From a virus: DNA of 64,000 bases. The stretch is from IMG/VR virus record IMGVR_UViG_3300033148_003591, positions 37,996 to 101,995 of that record. One strand, written 5' to 3'. Both the position numbers and the translations under genes were made by a program. Below, piece by piece: positions 20,318 to 30,146 of this stretch (its first letter is position 1; every line of letters begins with the position of its first letter). Below the pieces are notes generated by a model. It was not told where the DNA came from, ran no database searches, and saw only the letters and a program-made list of their open reading frames with translations.

Positions 20318-20335
20318 TTAATTCTCCTTACTATA

Positions 20336-20363
20336 ATTATATCACATAAAATGGATTTGTCAA
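20336..20363 (-). promoter_or_regulatory. Sigma70-type promoter TTGACA-16 bp-TATAAT
   Basis: Reverse complement: GCCC TTGACA AATCCATTTTATGTGA TATAAT TATAGTAAGGAG. Confidence 0.8.
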
Positions 20364-20367
20364 GGGC

Positions 20368-21084
20368 TTATTTATCTTTATTCTCCATTATATATGTAAA
20401 ATAAGCATACCAATAATCTCTATTAAAATTAGCTCTAAGATTACAGCATCTGCAAGTTGTTATTAAATTATTATCATCACAATTTTGTTTGTCATAATCA
20501 ATATGATGAATATGTAATAATTGATGATATTTTTCTTTATGCTTAGTTTCTATTATTCCACAGACCTGACATTTATAATTATCTCGTATTTTAATTTTAC
20601 GTTTTAATATTTTTGAAAATGTTAACGGATATGGTTTATTACCTTCTCCATGAATATAGGATGAATTATTTTCGCCCATATTTATTTTACTCCAGCAATC
20701 ATAACATCTTTGTGCTGTCCAACTAATTTCTTTTTTACATTTTTTACAATAATTGGGAGTAATACTTTTTCCATGTTTATAACTAGGTGCATTCTTACCA
20801 ATTCTTAATTTACCACCTCTAGGCTTGTTTTTTCGGCTTTTAGGAAAGCAAATTATACATAGTTTACTATCATAATTCATTAATTGCTTTCCACAATTCA
20901 AGCAAAATGGTTTCCCACCTTTCCAATTAGGATTATCTTTCCCTCCCCGTCGCTTACCATATTGAGGATTTAATTTGCCTAAATTAGCACATCTTCTGCA
21001 TCTTTGGTTTCCATAAAGAGCTGTTCTTTTACATATTTTATTTACTTTACAATTTTTGCAATAGTATTTTTTAATCTTTATCAT
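20368..21084 (-). CDS. HNH endonuclease with repeated Zn-finger/NPNWKGG modules
   Basis: Three CxxC...CxxC units; 'RDNYKCQVCG', 'HIHHIDYDKQN..NNLITTC'. Confidence 0.8.
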   Translation of the reverse strand: MIKIKKYYCKNCKVNKICKRTALYGNQRCRRCANLGKLNPQYGKRRGGKDNPNWKGGKPFCLNCGKQLMNYDSKLCIICFPKSRKNKPRGGKLRIGKNAPSYKHGKSITPNYCKKCKKEISWTAQRCYDCWSKINMGENNSSYIHGEGNKPYPLTFSKILKRKIKIRDNYKCQVCGIIETKHKEKYHQLLHIHHIDYDKQNCDDNNLITTCRCCNLRANFNRDYWYAYFTYIMENKDK

Positions 21085-22015
21085 TTCTATATCTCACAAA
21101 AACAGGATGTCTAGGTACATTTAATGCTCCCTCCAGCATTCCTTTATATTCAATTATTTTATTTATATAGTTTTCTTTATTATCCCAAATTTCCTCTTTT
21201 TCCTTATCAGTTAATGCAATTACTACCTTTAAATCATTACCTTTATATTCAACCAAAAATGCTGCTGCTTTATTAATTAAAATTCTATCATCTTTCTTTT
21301 TTGAAGTTTTTGAATATCCAAGTTCGGTAATTTCTTTTTCAGCAGACGGATTAACAACAGTCGCTTGAATTACATCTTTAATTTTACTATCAAATGTACG
21401 AAAATTTTTTATTTTATATACTAAACCTTCTTTTAATGTTCCACGTCCACATTTATAGTGTCCGTTTGGGTCTTTTAATATTAATCCTTCATATCCATCT
21501 TTTAATGCATCTTCAAAAAAATTCTCTATATCGCTTTTTGAATTTAAAGAAGTTTGAATGACTGGAATTATTAAATCATTTCGGCAAATTGAAATCACAG
21601 TAACATTTTTATTTCTGTTAATGAATTGGTTATTATAATTTTCATTTGCAATACAATCAAACATATAAAATTTTAATACTTCTGGTATTTCTAATATCTC
21701 ACCGAATTTTTTAATGCTCTTTTTATCTTCAAAATCTTGTGTCATTACATATCTTGTGATTTCTTGGAATGTCATTCTATGTGCATAAATTTCTCCATCT
21801 AAAATTACATTAAATTCTTTTGAATAATCTTTTAATGGTTGAAATTTTTTTTGAAGCTGTTTATTTTGTATTTGTTTTAAAGAACGGCTTAACATTTCTC
21901 CGTTTTTAAATATACATCTTATTCCATCCAATTTATAGCTCGCTAATATAGGATAATTTATTTCATCTAAATTAACAGATTGATTTGGTGCAAGAAACGG
22001 TTTAAATGATTTCAT
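21071..22015 (-). CDS. ATP-dependent DNA ligase
   Basis: Motif I 'KLDGIR', 'LDGE', 'FD', 'EGLILK', 'PRHPVF..YR'. Confidence 0.92.
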   Translation of the reverse strand: MKSFKPFLAPNQSVNLDEINYPILASYKLDGIRCIFKNGEMLSRSLKQIQNKQLQKKFQPLKDYSKEFNVILDGEIYAHRMTFQEITRYVMTQDFEDKKSIKKFGEILEIPEVLKFYMFDCIANENYNNQFINRNKNVTVISICRNDLIIPVIQTSLNSKSDIENFFEDALKDGYEGLILKDPNGHYKCGRGTLKEGLVYKIKNFRTFDSKIKDVIQATVVNPSAEKEITELGYSKTSKKKDDRILINKAAAFLVEYKGNDLKVVIALTDKEKEEIWDNKENYINKIIEYKGMLEGALNVPRHPVFVRYRNDKD

Positions 22016-23295
22016 TATTTATCTCCTAAATTGTATTTACAGTTAGGACACATTCCAGTATCCTTACCAATTTTAATTAATTCCTTTATTTTCACATCAT
22101 TTTGCTCTATTTGGCTTGTAAGAGCACTTTTCTGACTTTCGAGTGTCTTTATTGCTTTATTAGCAGAAGTAAGCTGTATCACGCTGTTTTTAATGGTTTT
22201 GACCCTATTATGCAACTCTTTTAAGGCTGATATATCTATCTGCTGAGATTTTTTAGTTAAAAGCTCCTTTTCGTATGTTTTAATGTTTGTAGTAGATATT
22301 TTATACTCATTTAATAATCTGGACAATTTATCTATTTTTTTGGACAGTTCTTTAATTGGTGATAAATTTATTACATGTAATGTTGATAATTTTTCTTCAT
22401 CACTTTTAATATTAACAGTAAGTCTATTATGATTTTTTATTAAAGGGGTTAATAAATTGTTCTTATTGTTTATTTTTTTGAGTGTATCAATTTCATCTTG
22501 ATTAATAATTTTTATTTTACTTTTTGATAAATTTAGTTCCTGTAAATTGCAATTAATTTCTTCTATTTTATCAACAGCTATTCTAAGTTTTTTATTACGT
22601 TTTTCTAATTCTGTTATTTCATCTATTATTGTTTTAACTTCATTTAATAAAACTCTTTTTGTGGTTAATTCATAATCTACTTTATTTGCATGTTCTCTAT
22701 TACTATTTAATTCTGTTTCTAAAATTCCTTTTTCTCTATTAATTCCAGAGATATCTTTGTTATATGAATGAACAGTTCTATCTATTACTTCACAGCCCGT
22801 AAGTTTATTTAATATTTTCATTCTAAACGAACCCTTTTCACCTAAAAAGAAATAAGGCTCTTTTTGTTTAGTAAAATCCAATAGTAATTTTTCACCATCA
22901 ACTTCTAATTCTACCTTACCTAATAGTTCTGCAATTTTAGGAGGAATAATTTTACCTACTTTTTTATATTCATCAGGTTTTACTTTGCCAGGATAATAAA
23001 CTTCATAACGATTAATAGTGCTAGATTTAATTTTTCCAGTTTTTTTATCTCTAGTTACGTGCTTAATTCTTTTAATCTTAATTCCACTATCTAATGTAGC
23101 AGTAAATGAACATTTAGTTTCTCCATCACGTACAATAGAGCGTTGTGGTTCTCCGTATAACCACATTAAACCTCTTAACACACCAGTCTTGCCCATTCCA
23201 CTATCACCATGTAATATGTTAAGACCTTTTGTAAGAGGTAAAGTTAAATCCTTATGTTTTTGTATATTTTTTAATTTAAACTCTGTGAAGTGCAT
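22015..23295 (-). CDS. SbcC/Rad50-like ATPase, N-terminal half with zinc hook
   Basis: Walker A 'GDSGMGKT', Q-loop 'KQKEPYF', long coiled coil, terminal 'CPNC'. Confidence 0.85.
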   Translation of the reverse strand: MHFTEFKLKNIQKHKDLTLPLTKGLNILHGDSGMGKTGVLRGLMWLYGEPQRSIVRDGETKCSFTATLDSGIKIKRIKHVTRDKKTGKIKSSTINRYEVYYPGKVKPDEYKKVGKIIPPKIAELLGKVELEVDGEKLLLDFTKQKEPYFFLGEKGSFRMKILNKLTGCEVIDRTVHSYNKDISGINREKGILETELNSNREHANKVDYELTTKRVLLNEVKTIIDEITELEKRNKKLRIAVDKIEEINCNLQELNLSKSKIKIINQDEIDTLKKINNKNNLLTPLIKNHNRLTVNIKSDEEKLSTLHVINLSPIKELSKKIDKLSRLLNEYKISTTNIKTYEKELLTKKSQQIDISALKELHNRVKTIKNSVIQLTSANKAIKTLESQKSALTSQIEQNDVKIKELIKIGKDTGMCPNCKYNLGDK

Positions 23296-23307
23296 TATTT
23301 ATTTTCC

Positions 23308-23889
23308 TTATTTCGTTTTCCATTTAGAACCTTTAGTTAAATTATCTTTTGCCCACAAAGGCTGTAAGTTTGTGTAATTAAAGCATTTACGTTGTTCAGA
23401 TTTTTTACTTAAATCAAAGCTGATACATGGTCTTTTGTGGTCAATGTGCCACTTACCATAGTTATCCCAATTCATTCCTTTAGTAAATTGAGACTGAAGA
23501 TGATATAATAAATAGTCAACTTCGCAACCAATTAAAAACATTGTGGATAGTGATTTATTATTATTTTTTATAGAAGCATTCATACGTCTTCGTAAATTAC
23601 GCAGAATTTTAAAATTTATATCTTTTTTATATTTATCTGTAAACCATTTATTCTTTTCTTTTTTATGTTTTGAATTATATTTTTTAACATCCAGAGATAT
23701 TTTTTCTTTATTTTTTAATCTATAAATAACTCGCCATTTTTTATATTCAAACTTATGATTATCTCTGTATTTTTTATTTCTTATATTATCACATATTTTA
23801 CACCAACTACATTTTCCATCAACATGGGATGCATTTGGATAAAATTCATCTAAAGATTTTTCTATTTTACATTTAGTACAAATTTTCAT
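23308..23889 (-). CDS. HNH homing endonuclease, paralog of 3885-4652
   Basis: KICTKC; 'LSTMFLIGCE.DYLL.HLQSQF', 'WHIDHKRPC', 'NLQPLWAKDNL'. Confidence 0.8.
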   Translation of the reverse strand: MKICTKCKIEKSLDEFYPNASHVDGKCSWCKICDNIRNKKYRDNHKFEYKKWRVIYRLKNKEKISLDVKKYNSKHKKEKNKWFTDKYKKDINFKILRNLRRRMNASIKNNNKSLSTMFLIGCEVDYLLYHLQSQFTKGMNWDNYGKWHIDHKRPCISFDLSKKSEQRKCFNYTNLQPLWAKDNLTKGSKWKTK

Positions 23890-25481
23890 TACAGTTTCCA
23901 TTTCCCATATACAGAAAATATCATTTGTCTACTTCCATTAGAATAAACTAAGCATCCAGCATTAGCCCATCCACTAGCCCCTCTATTATAACCCACTTTA
24001 AGATATGTACTTGTTCCTACAACCCACACACCACGAACAATGGCTGGAGAATGAGCATGACCAATTATACAATTACCATAAGCATTTTCTAAGTTTCTAA
24101 TATTTCCTCTTGAGCCATTGCTACCTAAATCACCGTGAGCACCACATTCAATCTTGGCAATTACATAATCTTCATCCCTATTTAGCCATTTAATTGATTT
24201 TCTTAATCTCTTGGGTAATCTGCCTACACTTTCAATGGCATATTTTAATGGGTCACAACCCTTAATTTGTGCTTCGGCTAAATGTAAAGCTGTTCTTAAA
24301 TTATATGGGTCATGAATATAATCTCCACTTTCTAACCATTTATCAAGCCATTCATCATGATTTGATTTAACAATAACAATTTCTTTAACACCGTTTAATC
24401 GTATACCTTTAATATAATTTGCTATTTTAATAAACTCATTATCCATGTTTAATTGTCCTTTTATAGCCTTTCTTGCTTGTAATGAGCGTCTTTTTTTATC
24501 GTGATGGCATACTGCTGTACCATTGTATAAATCATGAATAATCCATTTTTTACAATTTGTGAATTTTGAAATTTCATACCAATTTCTTATTACCTCTAAA
24601 TCTGTATCACCAATATGAAAATCTCCAGGTACAAATGCTGTAGGAGCTAATTTAGATACTTTATTGTTATTATATAACTTACCTAAATCCACAAATGAAC
24701 CATTTGCATCTGCTTGAATCTGTCTAAAATAAAATACACGGCTATCTTTAATTTCAACAATGATAGCACCTAATGTATGGTCACTTTCAGCAATATAAGC
24801 AGTTCGTTTGCTAAAATAATAACTACTGTCATAATCTGATTCTGTAATTGCGCCTGTGGTCATTAATACGGCAGGTATTTTTACATTTGAAACAGGCACT
24901 GCTTCTAAGAACTGTTTAGGTGATGCATAAATACAGCTTCCATTCCTTTGACCTATACGTTTTAATCCGGTTAATGGATTAATTTGTTTGGCTGAAATTT
25001 TGATTGAAGAAATGAATAAATTATTATTTAACTTCGTATCTCTCATAATAACTTGTTCGCCCTTTAAATCATTACTTAAATAGAATTCTGTTTTACTTCT
25101 TCTTTTTGCAGGGTCTTCAATTGGAAGAATAAGTAATTTGGCTTTATTTACTTTACAATAGTGTTTAATACTATTTAAAAATTTAACATTTACTTTTCCA
25201 TCAGATACGGCTGTTGTTACTATAAATTTATCTCCTGGCTTTACATTTAATTGTTCTTTTTTTACAGTGCCATCGAAAATATTAAATCCAATATTATTTT
25301 CAATTAATTTTTTATTTTCTTTTATAACTATTTTCTTTAAATTTGTAAGACAAGCAAAATGTTTCCTGATAATATTTCGATTTATACCAGCATTAAACAT
25401 GTCTGTTCTTGTAGGAAAGGTTTTTTTAGTTTTTAATATTGATAAATAAATATCTATTATTTGTTTATCTCTTTTTGTCAT
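23889..25481 (-). CDS. Large phage metallophosphoesterase-fold protein
   Basis: 'GDFH', 'HD', 'SNHD', 'HGD', 'GHAH' motifs in the C-terminal half. Confidence 0.7.
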   Translation of the reverse strand: MTKRDKQIIDIYLSILKTKKTFPTRTDMFNAGINRNIIRKHFACLTNLKKIVIKENKKLIENNIGFNIFDGTVKKEQLNVKPGDKFIVTTAVSDGKVNVKFLNSIKHYCKVNKAKLLILPIEDPAKRRSKTEFYLSNDLKGEQVIMRDTKLNNNLFISSIKISAKQINPLTGLKRIGQRNGSCIYASPKQFLEAVPVSNVKIPAVLMTTGAITESDYDSSYYFSKRTAYIAESDHTLGAIIVEIKDSRVFYFRQIQADANGSFVDLGKLYNNNKVSKLAPTAFVPGDFHIGDTDLEVIRNWYEISKFTNCKKWIIHDLYNGTAVCHHDKKRRSLQARKAIKGQLNMDNEFIKIANYIKGIRLNGVKEIVIVKSNHDEWLDKWLESGDYIHDPYNLRTALHLAEAQIKGCDPLKYAIESVGRLPKRLRKSIKWLNRDEDYVIAKIECGAHGDLGSNGSRGNIRNLENAYGNCIIGHAHSPAIVRGVWVVGTSTYLKVGYNRGASGWANAGCLVYSNGSRQMIFSVYGKWKL

Positions 25482-25482
25482 T

Positions 25483-25632
25483 TTATTTCTCCTTTGGATA
25501 AAGTTTACTAAACACTCTTAGGGCAAAGTCATGTTCCATTTCACCTGAAGTTTCTAGTCCATGTTCTTCCGCCCATTCTTGTGCAACACCTATAAGGTCT
25601 ATCATTATCGCTCTTTTTTTATCGTAATCCAT
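25483..25632 (-). CDS. Small hypothetical protein (49 aa, MDYDKKR...)
   Basis: Promoter and SD AAGGAG directly upstream; translated by hand. Confidence 0.55.
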   Translation of the reverse strand: MDYDKKRAIMIDLIGVAQEWAEEHGLETSGEMEHDFALRVFSKLYPKEK

Positions 25633-25649
25633 TATTTCTCCTTACTTAA

Positions 25650-25677
25650 AGTATATCACACATTCTGTATTTGTCAA
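25650..25677 (-). promoter_or_regulatory. Sigma70-type promoter TTGACA-16 bp-TATACT
   Basis: Reverse complement: GCCC TTGACA AATACAGAATGTGTGA TATACT TTAAGTAAGGAG. Confidence 0.8.
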
Positions 25678-25681
25678 GGGC

Positions 25682-25864
25682 TTATTGTCTTTCTTGAATA
25701 AAAGTATCAGCTAAATAAACACTTCCATTTAAAGGTACTACAGAATCCACCACACGATTACTATTTAATTTATTTATACTATCTACAAGTTCTTTATGTC
25801 CATCTGCTATCACATAAGTAAAACTATCTCCATCATAATTATTTATTTGTATTAAATATTTCAT
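25682..25864 (-). CDS. Hypothetical protein
   Basis: SD GGAG. Confidence 0.5.
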   Translation of the reverse strand: MKYLIQINNYDGDSFTYVIADGHKELVDSINKLNSNRVVDSVVPLNGSVYLADTFIQERQ

Positions 25865-25865
25865 T

Positions 25866-26081
25866 TTAATCTCCCATCTTTTCTATTGTTCCATTTTGCA
25901 TATTAACAACATGCCAATTATGTATTCCTTTTATTTTTTCAGTATTAGTTAATACATTTATTTCAAATGTGTCGTCACGCATACAAATACAGATTTGATT
26001 TCCTTCTTTAGTTTCTAATGTAATACCATTATAAACTTCTTTAAGTAATAATTCTCCACAATTAGATATTTCAATTTTCAT
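25866..26081 (-). CDS. Hypothetical protein, paralog of 18291-18557
   Basis: Shared motif. Confidence 0.55.
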   Translation of the reverse strand: MKIEISNCGELLLKEVYNGITLETKEGNQICICMRDDTFEINVLTNTEKIKGIHNWHVVNMQNGTIEKMGD

Positions 26082-26253
26082 GATTAAATCCTTTCATTAT
26101 TTTATCTAACAATACATCTCTTGCATTTAACGAAAAGGTTAAAAATAAACCTAAAGCTAAAGGTATAGATTTTAATGCAACAAAAAATATAATTATTCCA
26201 CAAAGATAATTTGATAAAGTCATACCTATTTTCAATGCAGATTTTTTATCCAT
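26071..26253 (-). CDS. Small membrane protein
   Basis: Two hydrophobic segments; TAATG coupling to the polymerase gene. Confidence 0.5.
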   Translation of the reverse strand: MDKKSALKIGMTLSNYLCGIIIFFVALKSIPLALGLFLTFSLNARDVLLDKIMKGFNHEN

Positions 26254-28328
26254 TATTTACTCTCCTTTGGTTTCTCATATTTAATAAAAGCTTCTAATTC
26301 TGCCCATAGTTTTTCTAAATCTAAATCTTTAATAGTTAAATTATTATCTAATGCCTCTTGTGGCGTACAGTATTTCTCGCCCTTCCCAGCGTTCCCAATT
26401 TTATGATTCTTTATAAGTTTAATTACACCGCTTCCACCATTAAAATACCCACGACTAATTTGGCATTGTATTTGTGATTCTTTTTTATATGTATCAGCAG
26501 GTTTGGTTTTAAATTCCCTAGCAATTAATTCCATTACATTTGGTTTTTGTAAATAATCTTCAACAGTTTTTTCAATAAAATCTCTGCTAAATTTTGCAGT
26601 TGATTTCTTTATCATTAATGGTTTTAATACTTCATTAAATATTTTTATCCCTAATGCAGTAGCTCCATCTTTTTTAATTGGAAGACCTTTAAGTTTTACT
26701 TTTGTTTCACCATCTTCTTTATAAATCATCACATAATTTTTCTTTAATCCCATTCGTTCTTTAACCCATGACCTACCTTTTTTCATAATTTTATCAGTAG
26801 ATTTTTCTACAATACATTTTTTACCAAGTATTTCTTCTAATTTATATTTTTCTTTAATATCCATTAGTTCTTTTTCATACTCACCATAATCATCAGAAAA
26901 TAATTTATTTAAATCTTTCCAACCAATTATCGCCTGTCGTGTTTTTAAATCAACTATTTCTTGTTCCATAAAAGGAAACATAATATAATCCAAATACTTT
27001 TCAATCACAATATTAAATGTATCTACTGGAAATGGTACATTATCAAATATTTTTTTAATAACTTTTTCTAAACATTCTTTTACATATTCTTTATTATTAA
27101 ATTTTTCTTCATTGGCTAATAAAGCAAACGAATCAGTGTCACCCATAATTGATTCAAATCCAAATTCACTCATCATGTCTTCAGTTAGTTTGTGCATCTG
27201 TTGACCCAACCAACAACAATCCCATCCAGCGTTGGGTGTATGTACCTTTTCAAAGATAGAAGACCTAACAGTTCCATAGAGAGTATTTAAAAAATTCTTC
27301 AAAGCTTCTATCATTGGGTTCTTAGGGTCATTCTTTTTTAAATCCATTCTTTCTTTTAATTTAGCTTGTACTTGTATAGATAAAGGATGTTGAGAATTAT
27401 CAAAATAATAACCCTTTACTTTAAAAACATCATTGCCATGCCATCCAGATTTTACTTCTGTTTCTTGATTTTCTGCAAATAAATTAAACATACAAAATAT
27501 ATGTGGATAAAGACTACTAAAATCTACCATCCAAACATTTCTTTTTTCTTCATACTTAGGCATAATAACTCTACCGCCCATTTCTTCTTTAGGCGTTCCG
27601 CTATTTGAATATGTAGGTTCTACACCCATTAATGTACAAGCTGCTTTATATGTTAATGATGCCATTGAATTTCTTATCCATGATAAATCCTGTACAAAAT
27701 TTTGTGATAATAATTCAGTAAAAGGTTTCCAGAAATCCCATAATGATTCAAACAATTGTTTAGTTATAAGAATATCATTTTTTAAATATTTTATTATATC
27801 AGTTTTTTCTTGTTCTGTATATGTTCTTTTCTCAAAAAGTCCATAATCAATTTCTCCTTTTTGAACATCAAACTTCATCACTTCAGCCATATGCTTTAAT
27901 GAATTCTTTTTAAATTTAAACTTCATGAATTCACCACGATTCTTATACGCATATCCGGCTTTATTTCTAAAATTAGGTCTTCCTAAAATCTGCATACAAT
28001 CAACTTGTAAATATCGTTTTGTGTTATCTATTAAATTGTTATTTTTTAAAATAGGAAAATCAAATTCTTCACTGTTAAATCCGATTAGGGTACTGTGGTC
28101 AGCTAATATCTCTTTTATTTGACCTATATTATTTTTGTATTCCAATAAATAAATTTTATCATGTTTAAAGGAATATGCACCAAACCATCTCACATCAGCC
28201 ATTTCAACATACTGGTCAAATTGAGAGTTAATATTAATAGCATTACCATCCCAATCTTCGGCATAGGTTTCTAAATCAAATACTAAACATTGGTCTAAGA
28301 TAGATTTAAATAGATAGTTATATTTCAT
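26253..28328 (-). CDS. Family B DNA polymerase with 3'-5' exonuclease domain
   Basis: Exonuclease 'FDLET', 'FNSEEFD', 'YLKND'; polymerase 'DFSSLYP', 'KNFLNTLYG', 'GDTDS', 'KKNY', 'KG'. Confidence 0.93.
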   Translation of the reverse strand: MKYNYLFKSILDQCLVFDLETYAEDWDGNAININSQFDQYVEMADVRWFGAYSFKHDKIYLLEYKNNIGQIKEILADHSTLIGFNSEEFDFPILKNNNLIDNTKRYLQVDCMQILGRPNFRNKAGYAYKNRGEFMKFKFKKNSLKHMAEVMKFDVQKGEIDYGLFEKRTYTEQEKTDIIKYLKNDILITKQLFESLWDFWKPFTELLSQNFVQDLSWIRNSMASLTYKAACTLMGVEPTYSNSGTPKEEMGGRVIMPKYEEKRNVWMVDFSSLYPHIFCMFNLFAENQETEVKSGWHGNDVFKVKGYYFDNSQHPLSIQVQAKLKERMDLKKNDPKNPMIEALKNFLNTLYGTVRSSIFEKVHTPNAGWDCCWLGQQMHKLTEDMMSEFGFESIMGDTDSFALLANEEKFNNKEYVKECLEKVIKKIFDNVPFPVDTFNIVIEKYLDYIMFPFMEQEIVDLKTRQAIIGWKDLNKLFSDDYGEYEKELMDIKEKYKLEEILGKKCIVEKSTDKIMKKGRSWVKERMGLKKNYVMIYKEDGETKVKLKGLPIKKDGATALGIKIFNEVLKPLMIKKSTAKFSRDFIEKTVEDYLQKPNVMELIAREFKTKPADTYKKESQIQCQISRGYFNGGSGVIKLIKNHKIGNAGKGEKYCTPQEALDNNLTIKDLDLEKLWAELEAFIKYEKPKESK

Positions 28329-28346
28329 TTATTACTCCTATAGTTT

Positions 28347-28586
28347 TCATTCATCAAACCCATCTTTGTCATATATCCATTCACAACATGGTAACAATCT
28401 TCCTTTATTATCTCTTTCTTGTTCATCAGAAAATTCTATAGTTCCAGTTAACTCATTATCTGGTTTAATAATTATTGAATTACAAGAACATCCTCTAGGC
28501 ACGCAATCATCACAGCACGCCCAAATTCCTTTTCCTGGCATGTATACCCACACAGCGATTTTTCCACAATTACATTTTACTTTCAT
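28347..28586 (-). CDS. Cys-rich small phage protein
   Basis: 'CNCGKIAVW.YMP..CCDDCVPRGCSC...GRLLPCCEW'. Confidence 0.6.
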   Translation of the reverse strand: MKVKCNCGKIAVWVYMPGKGIWACCDDCVPRGCSCNSIIIKPDNELTGTIEFSDEQERDNKGRLLPCCEWIYDKDGFDE

Positions 28587-29146
28587 AATATCTTATCCAC
28601 CACCCCATATTTTAAACATTCTTCAGCATTTAACCAAACTTCACCATTTCTGCATTTCTGTATTAATACTTCTGGAACATTTGTATTATCTTCATAAATT
28701 TTTATCAGTTTGTTATTCAAAGTTTTCATGAATTCAACTCTATCCAATACATAGGGAAAATAATCATTAGCTCCACCAGCCATCGGATGCATCATGTAAT
28801 AAGCGTTCTCTGTTATAAATCGCTTACTACCTACTACTGATATAATAGAACCCATACTACAAGCATTACCGGTGATGATAGTATATACAGGTGTACCAGA
28901 GTTTTTTAATCTTTTAATAGTGTCAACAATAGAAAAACCTTGAGTGCAATATCCACCAGGAGAATTTATTTCAATTGTTACTGGTTTCTTTTTCTTCCGA
29001 AGATGCATAGCTACTAATTTTTTATTTACTAATTCAGCACTTGCATCATCTATATCGTCATATAAATAAATTAACCTATTTTTATTAAGGATTTCATCAT
29101 AATATTTGTCATCATATCTTACTACAGATTTTTTCTTCTTACCCAT
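28583..29146 (-). CDS. clpP: ClpP-family protease subunit
   Basis: 'INSPGG', 'GNACSMGS' (Ser), 'MMHP' (His), 'WLNAEECLKYGVVD'. Confidence 0.85.
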   Translation of the reverse strand: MGKKKKSVVRYDDKYYDEILNKNRLIYLYDDIDDASAELVNKKLVAMHLRKKKKPVTIEINSPGGYCTQGFSIVDTIKRLKNSGTPVYTIITGNACSMGSIISVVGSKRFITENAYYMMHPMAGGANDYFPYVLDRVEFMKTLNNKLIKIYEDNTNVPEVLIQKCRNGEVWLNAEECLKYGVVDKIL

Positions 29147-29147
29147 G

Positions 29148-29783
29148 TTAACCTCCCATTACACTATCAGCTAAACCTAATCTGACAGCTTCTTTAGGTG
29201 ATAAATAAGTGTCATACATCATTGTTTCCTGTAATTGTTCTCTAGTATATCTTGGGTGTTTTTCTCTAATTCGATTCAAATAAATATCTTCCATAACTTT
29301 ATTAACTTTTTTAGCTTCATCAGCCGATGCTAGAATATCTTTTGTTTGAGGAGAAGTATCTCCAATACCTGAACCATAATGAATTAAAAACTCACAGTGA
29401 GCTGATAAAATACGCTTATTAGCTGCTTGCAATATAATTGTACCCATAGAACGTATTCGACCATATGCTTTAAGTGTTATTGGGCTTTTAATTTGTTTCA
29501 TATAATCAAAAAGAGCCATACCAGCATTCCAATCACCACCGTAACTCATCCAAACAATTGTAATCGGAGCTATTTTTGATTGTTCAAGAATATACAATCC
29601 TTTAAGAGCATTTTGTACAGACCAATCATTAACTTCCCATGATTTTTCTTCATCTATCATTTCTTCATTAGGTTGCCAAGGACAAAAATAAAGAATGCGG
29701 TTTTTAATATCCAAATTTCTAGTATAAAGCATTTCTGTCTCTTCGATATTCATATTTCTTTGGATTCGTTTTTTCATTACCAA
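29148..29783 (-). CDS. clpP: Second, divergent ClpP-family protease subunit
   Basis: 'SYGG', 'RSMGT' (Ser), 'FLIHYG' (His), 'YLSPKEAVRLGLAD'. Confidence 0.8.
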   Translation of the reverse strand: MVMKKRIQRNMNIEETEMLYTRNLDIKNRILYFCPWQPNEEMIDEEKSWEVNDWSVQNALKGLYILEQSKIAPITIVWMSYGGDWNAGMALFDYMKQIKSPITLKAYGRIRSMGTIILQAANKRILSAHCEFLIHYGSGIGDTSPQTKDILASADEAKKVNKVMEDIYLNRIREKHPRYTREQLQETMMYDTYLSPKEAVRLGLADSVMGG

Positions 29784-29792
29784 TCATCTCCT

Positions 29793-30137
29793 TTATTTAG
29801 TTCGTAATCCTTTAACGATATTACGATATACTTTGTTAAATTCCTTTATTTGTTTATTTGATGTTTTTTCACTTGGAGCTTGTTTTTCAAAAATAACAAT
29901 CCCTATTTTATAAATATGTCCATTTTTTATTTCTGTGTATATATCTTTAATAAGACATGGCAAATCCTGAATAAAAATAGTTTCACCCACTTTCATTGGT
30001 ATATCTTTTGATAGATGTAATTCTCTTGTTTCTTTTACAGGGTCTTTGTAATTATTAATATTAATAATTAAATGAATTTTTATAATAGTTTGAACATCTT
30101 GTGCTGATGTTATTTGTATTTTATTAATATTTTTCAT
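29793..30137 (-). CDS. Hypothetical protein
   Basis: SD AAGGAG. Confidence 0.5.
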   Translation of the reverse strand: MKNINKIQITSAQDVQTIIKIHLIININNYKDPVKETRELHLSKDIPMKVGETIFIQDLPCLIKDIYTEIKNGHIYKIGIVIFEKQAPSEKTSNKQIKEFNKVYRNIVKGLRTK

Positions 30138-30146
30138 AATTCTCCT

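Noticed and set aside
26755-26966. Intein in PolB (also checked RecA and the helicase)
   Set aside because: No C/S start with HN-C/S/T end and too short
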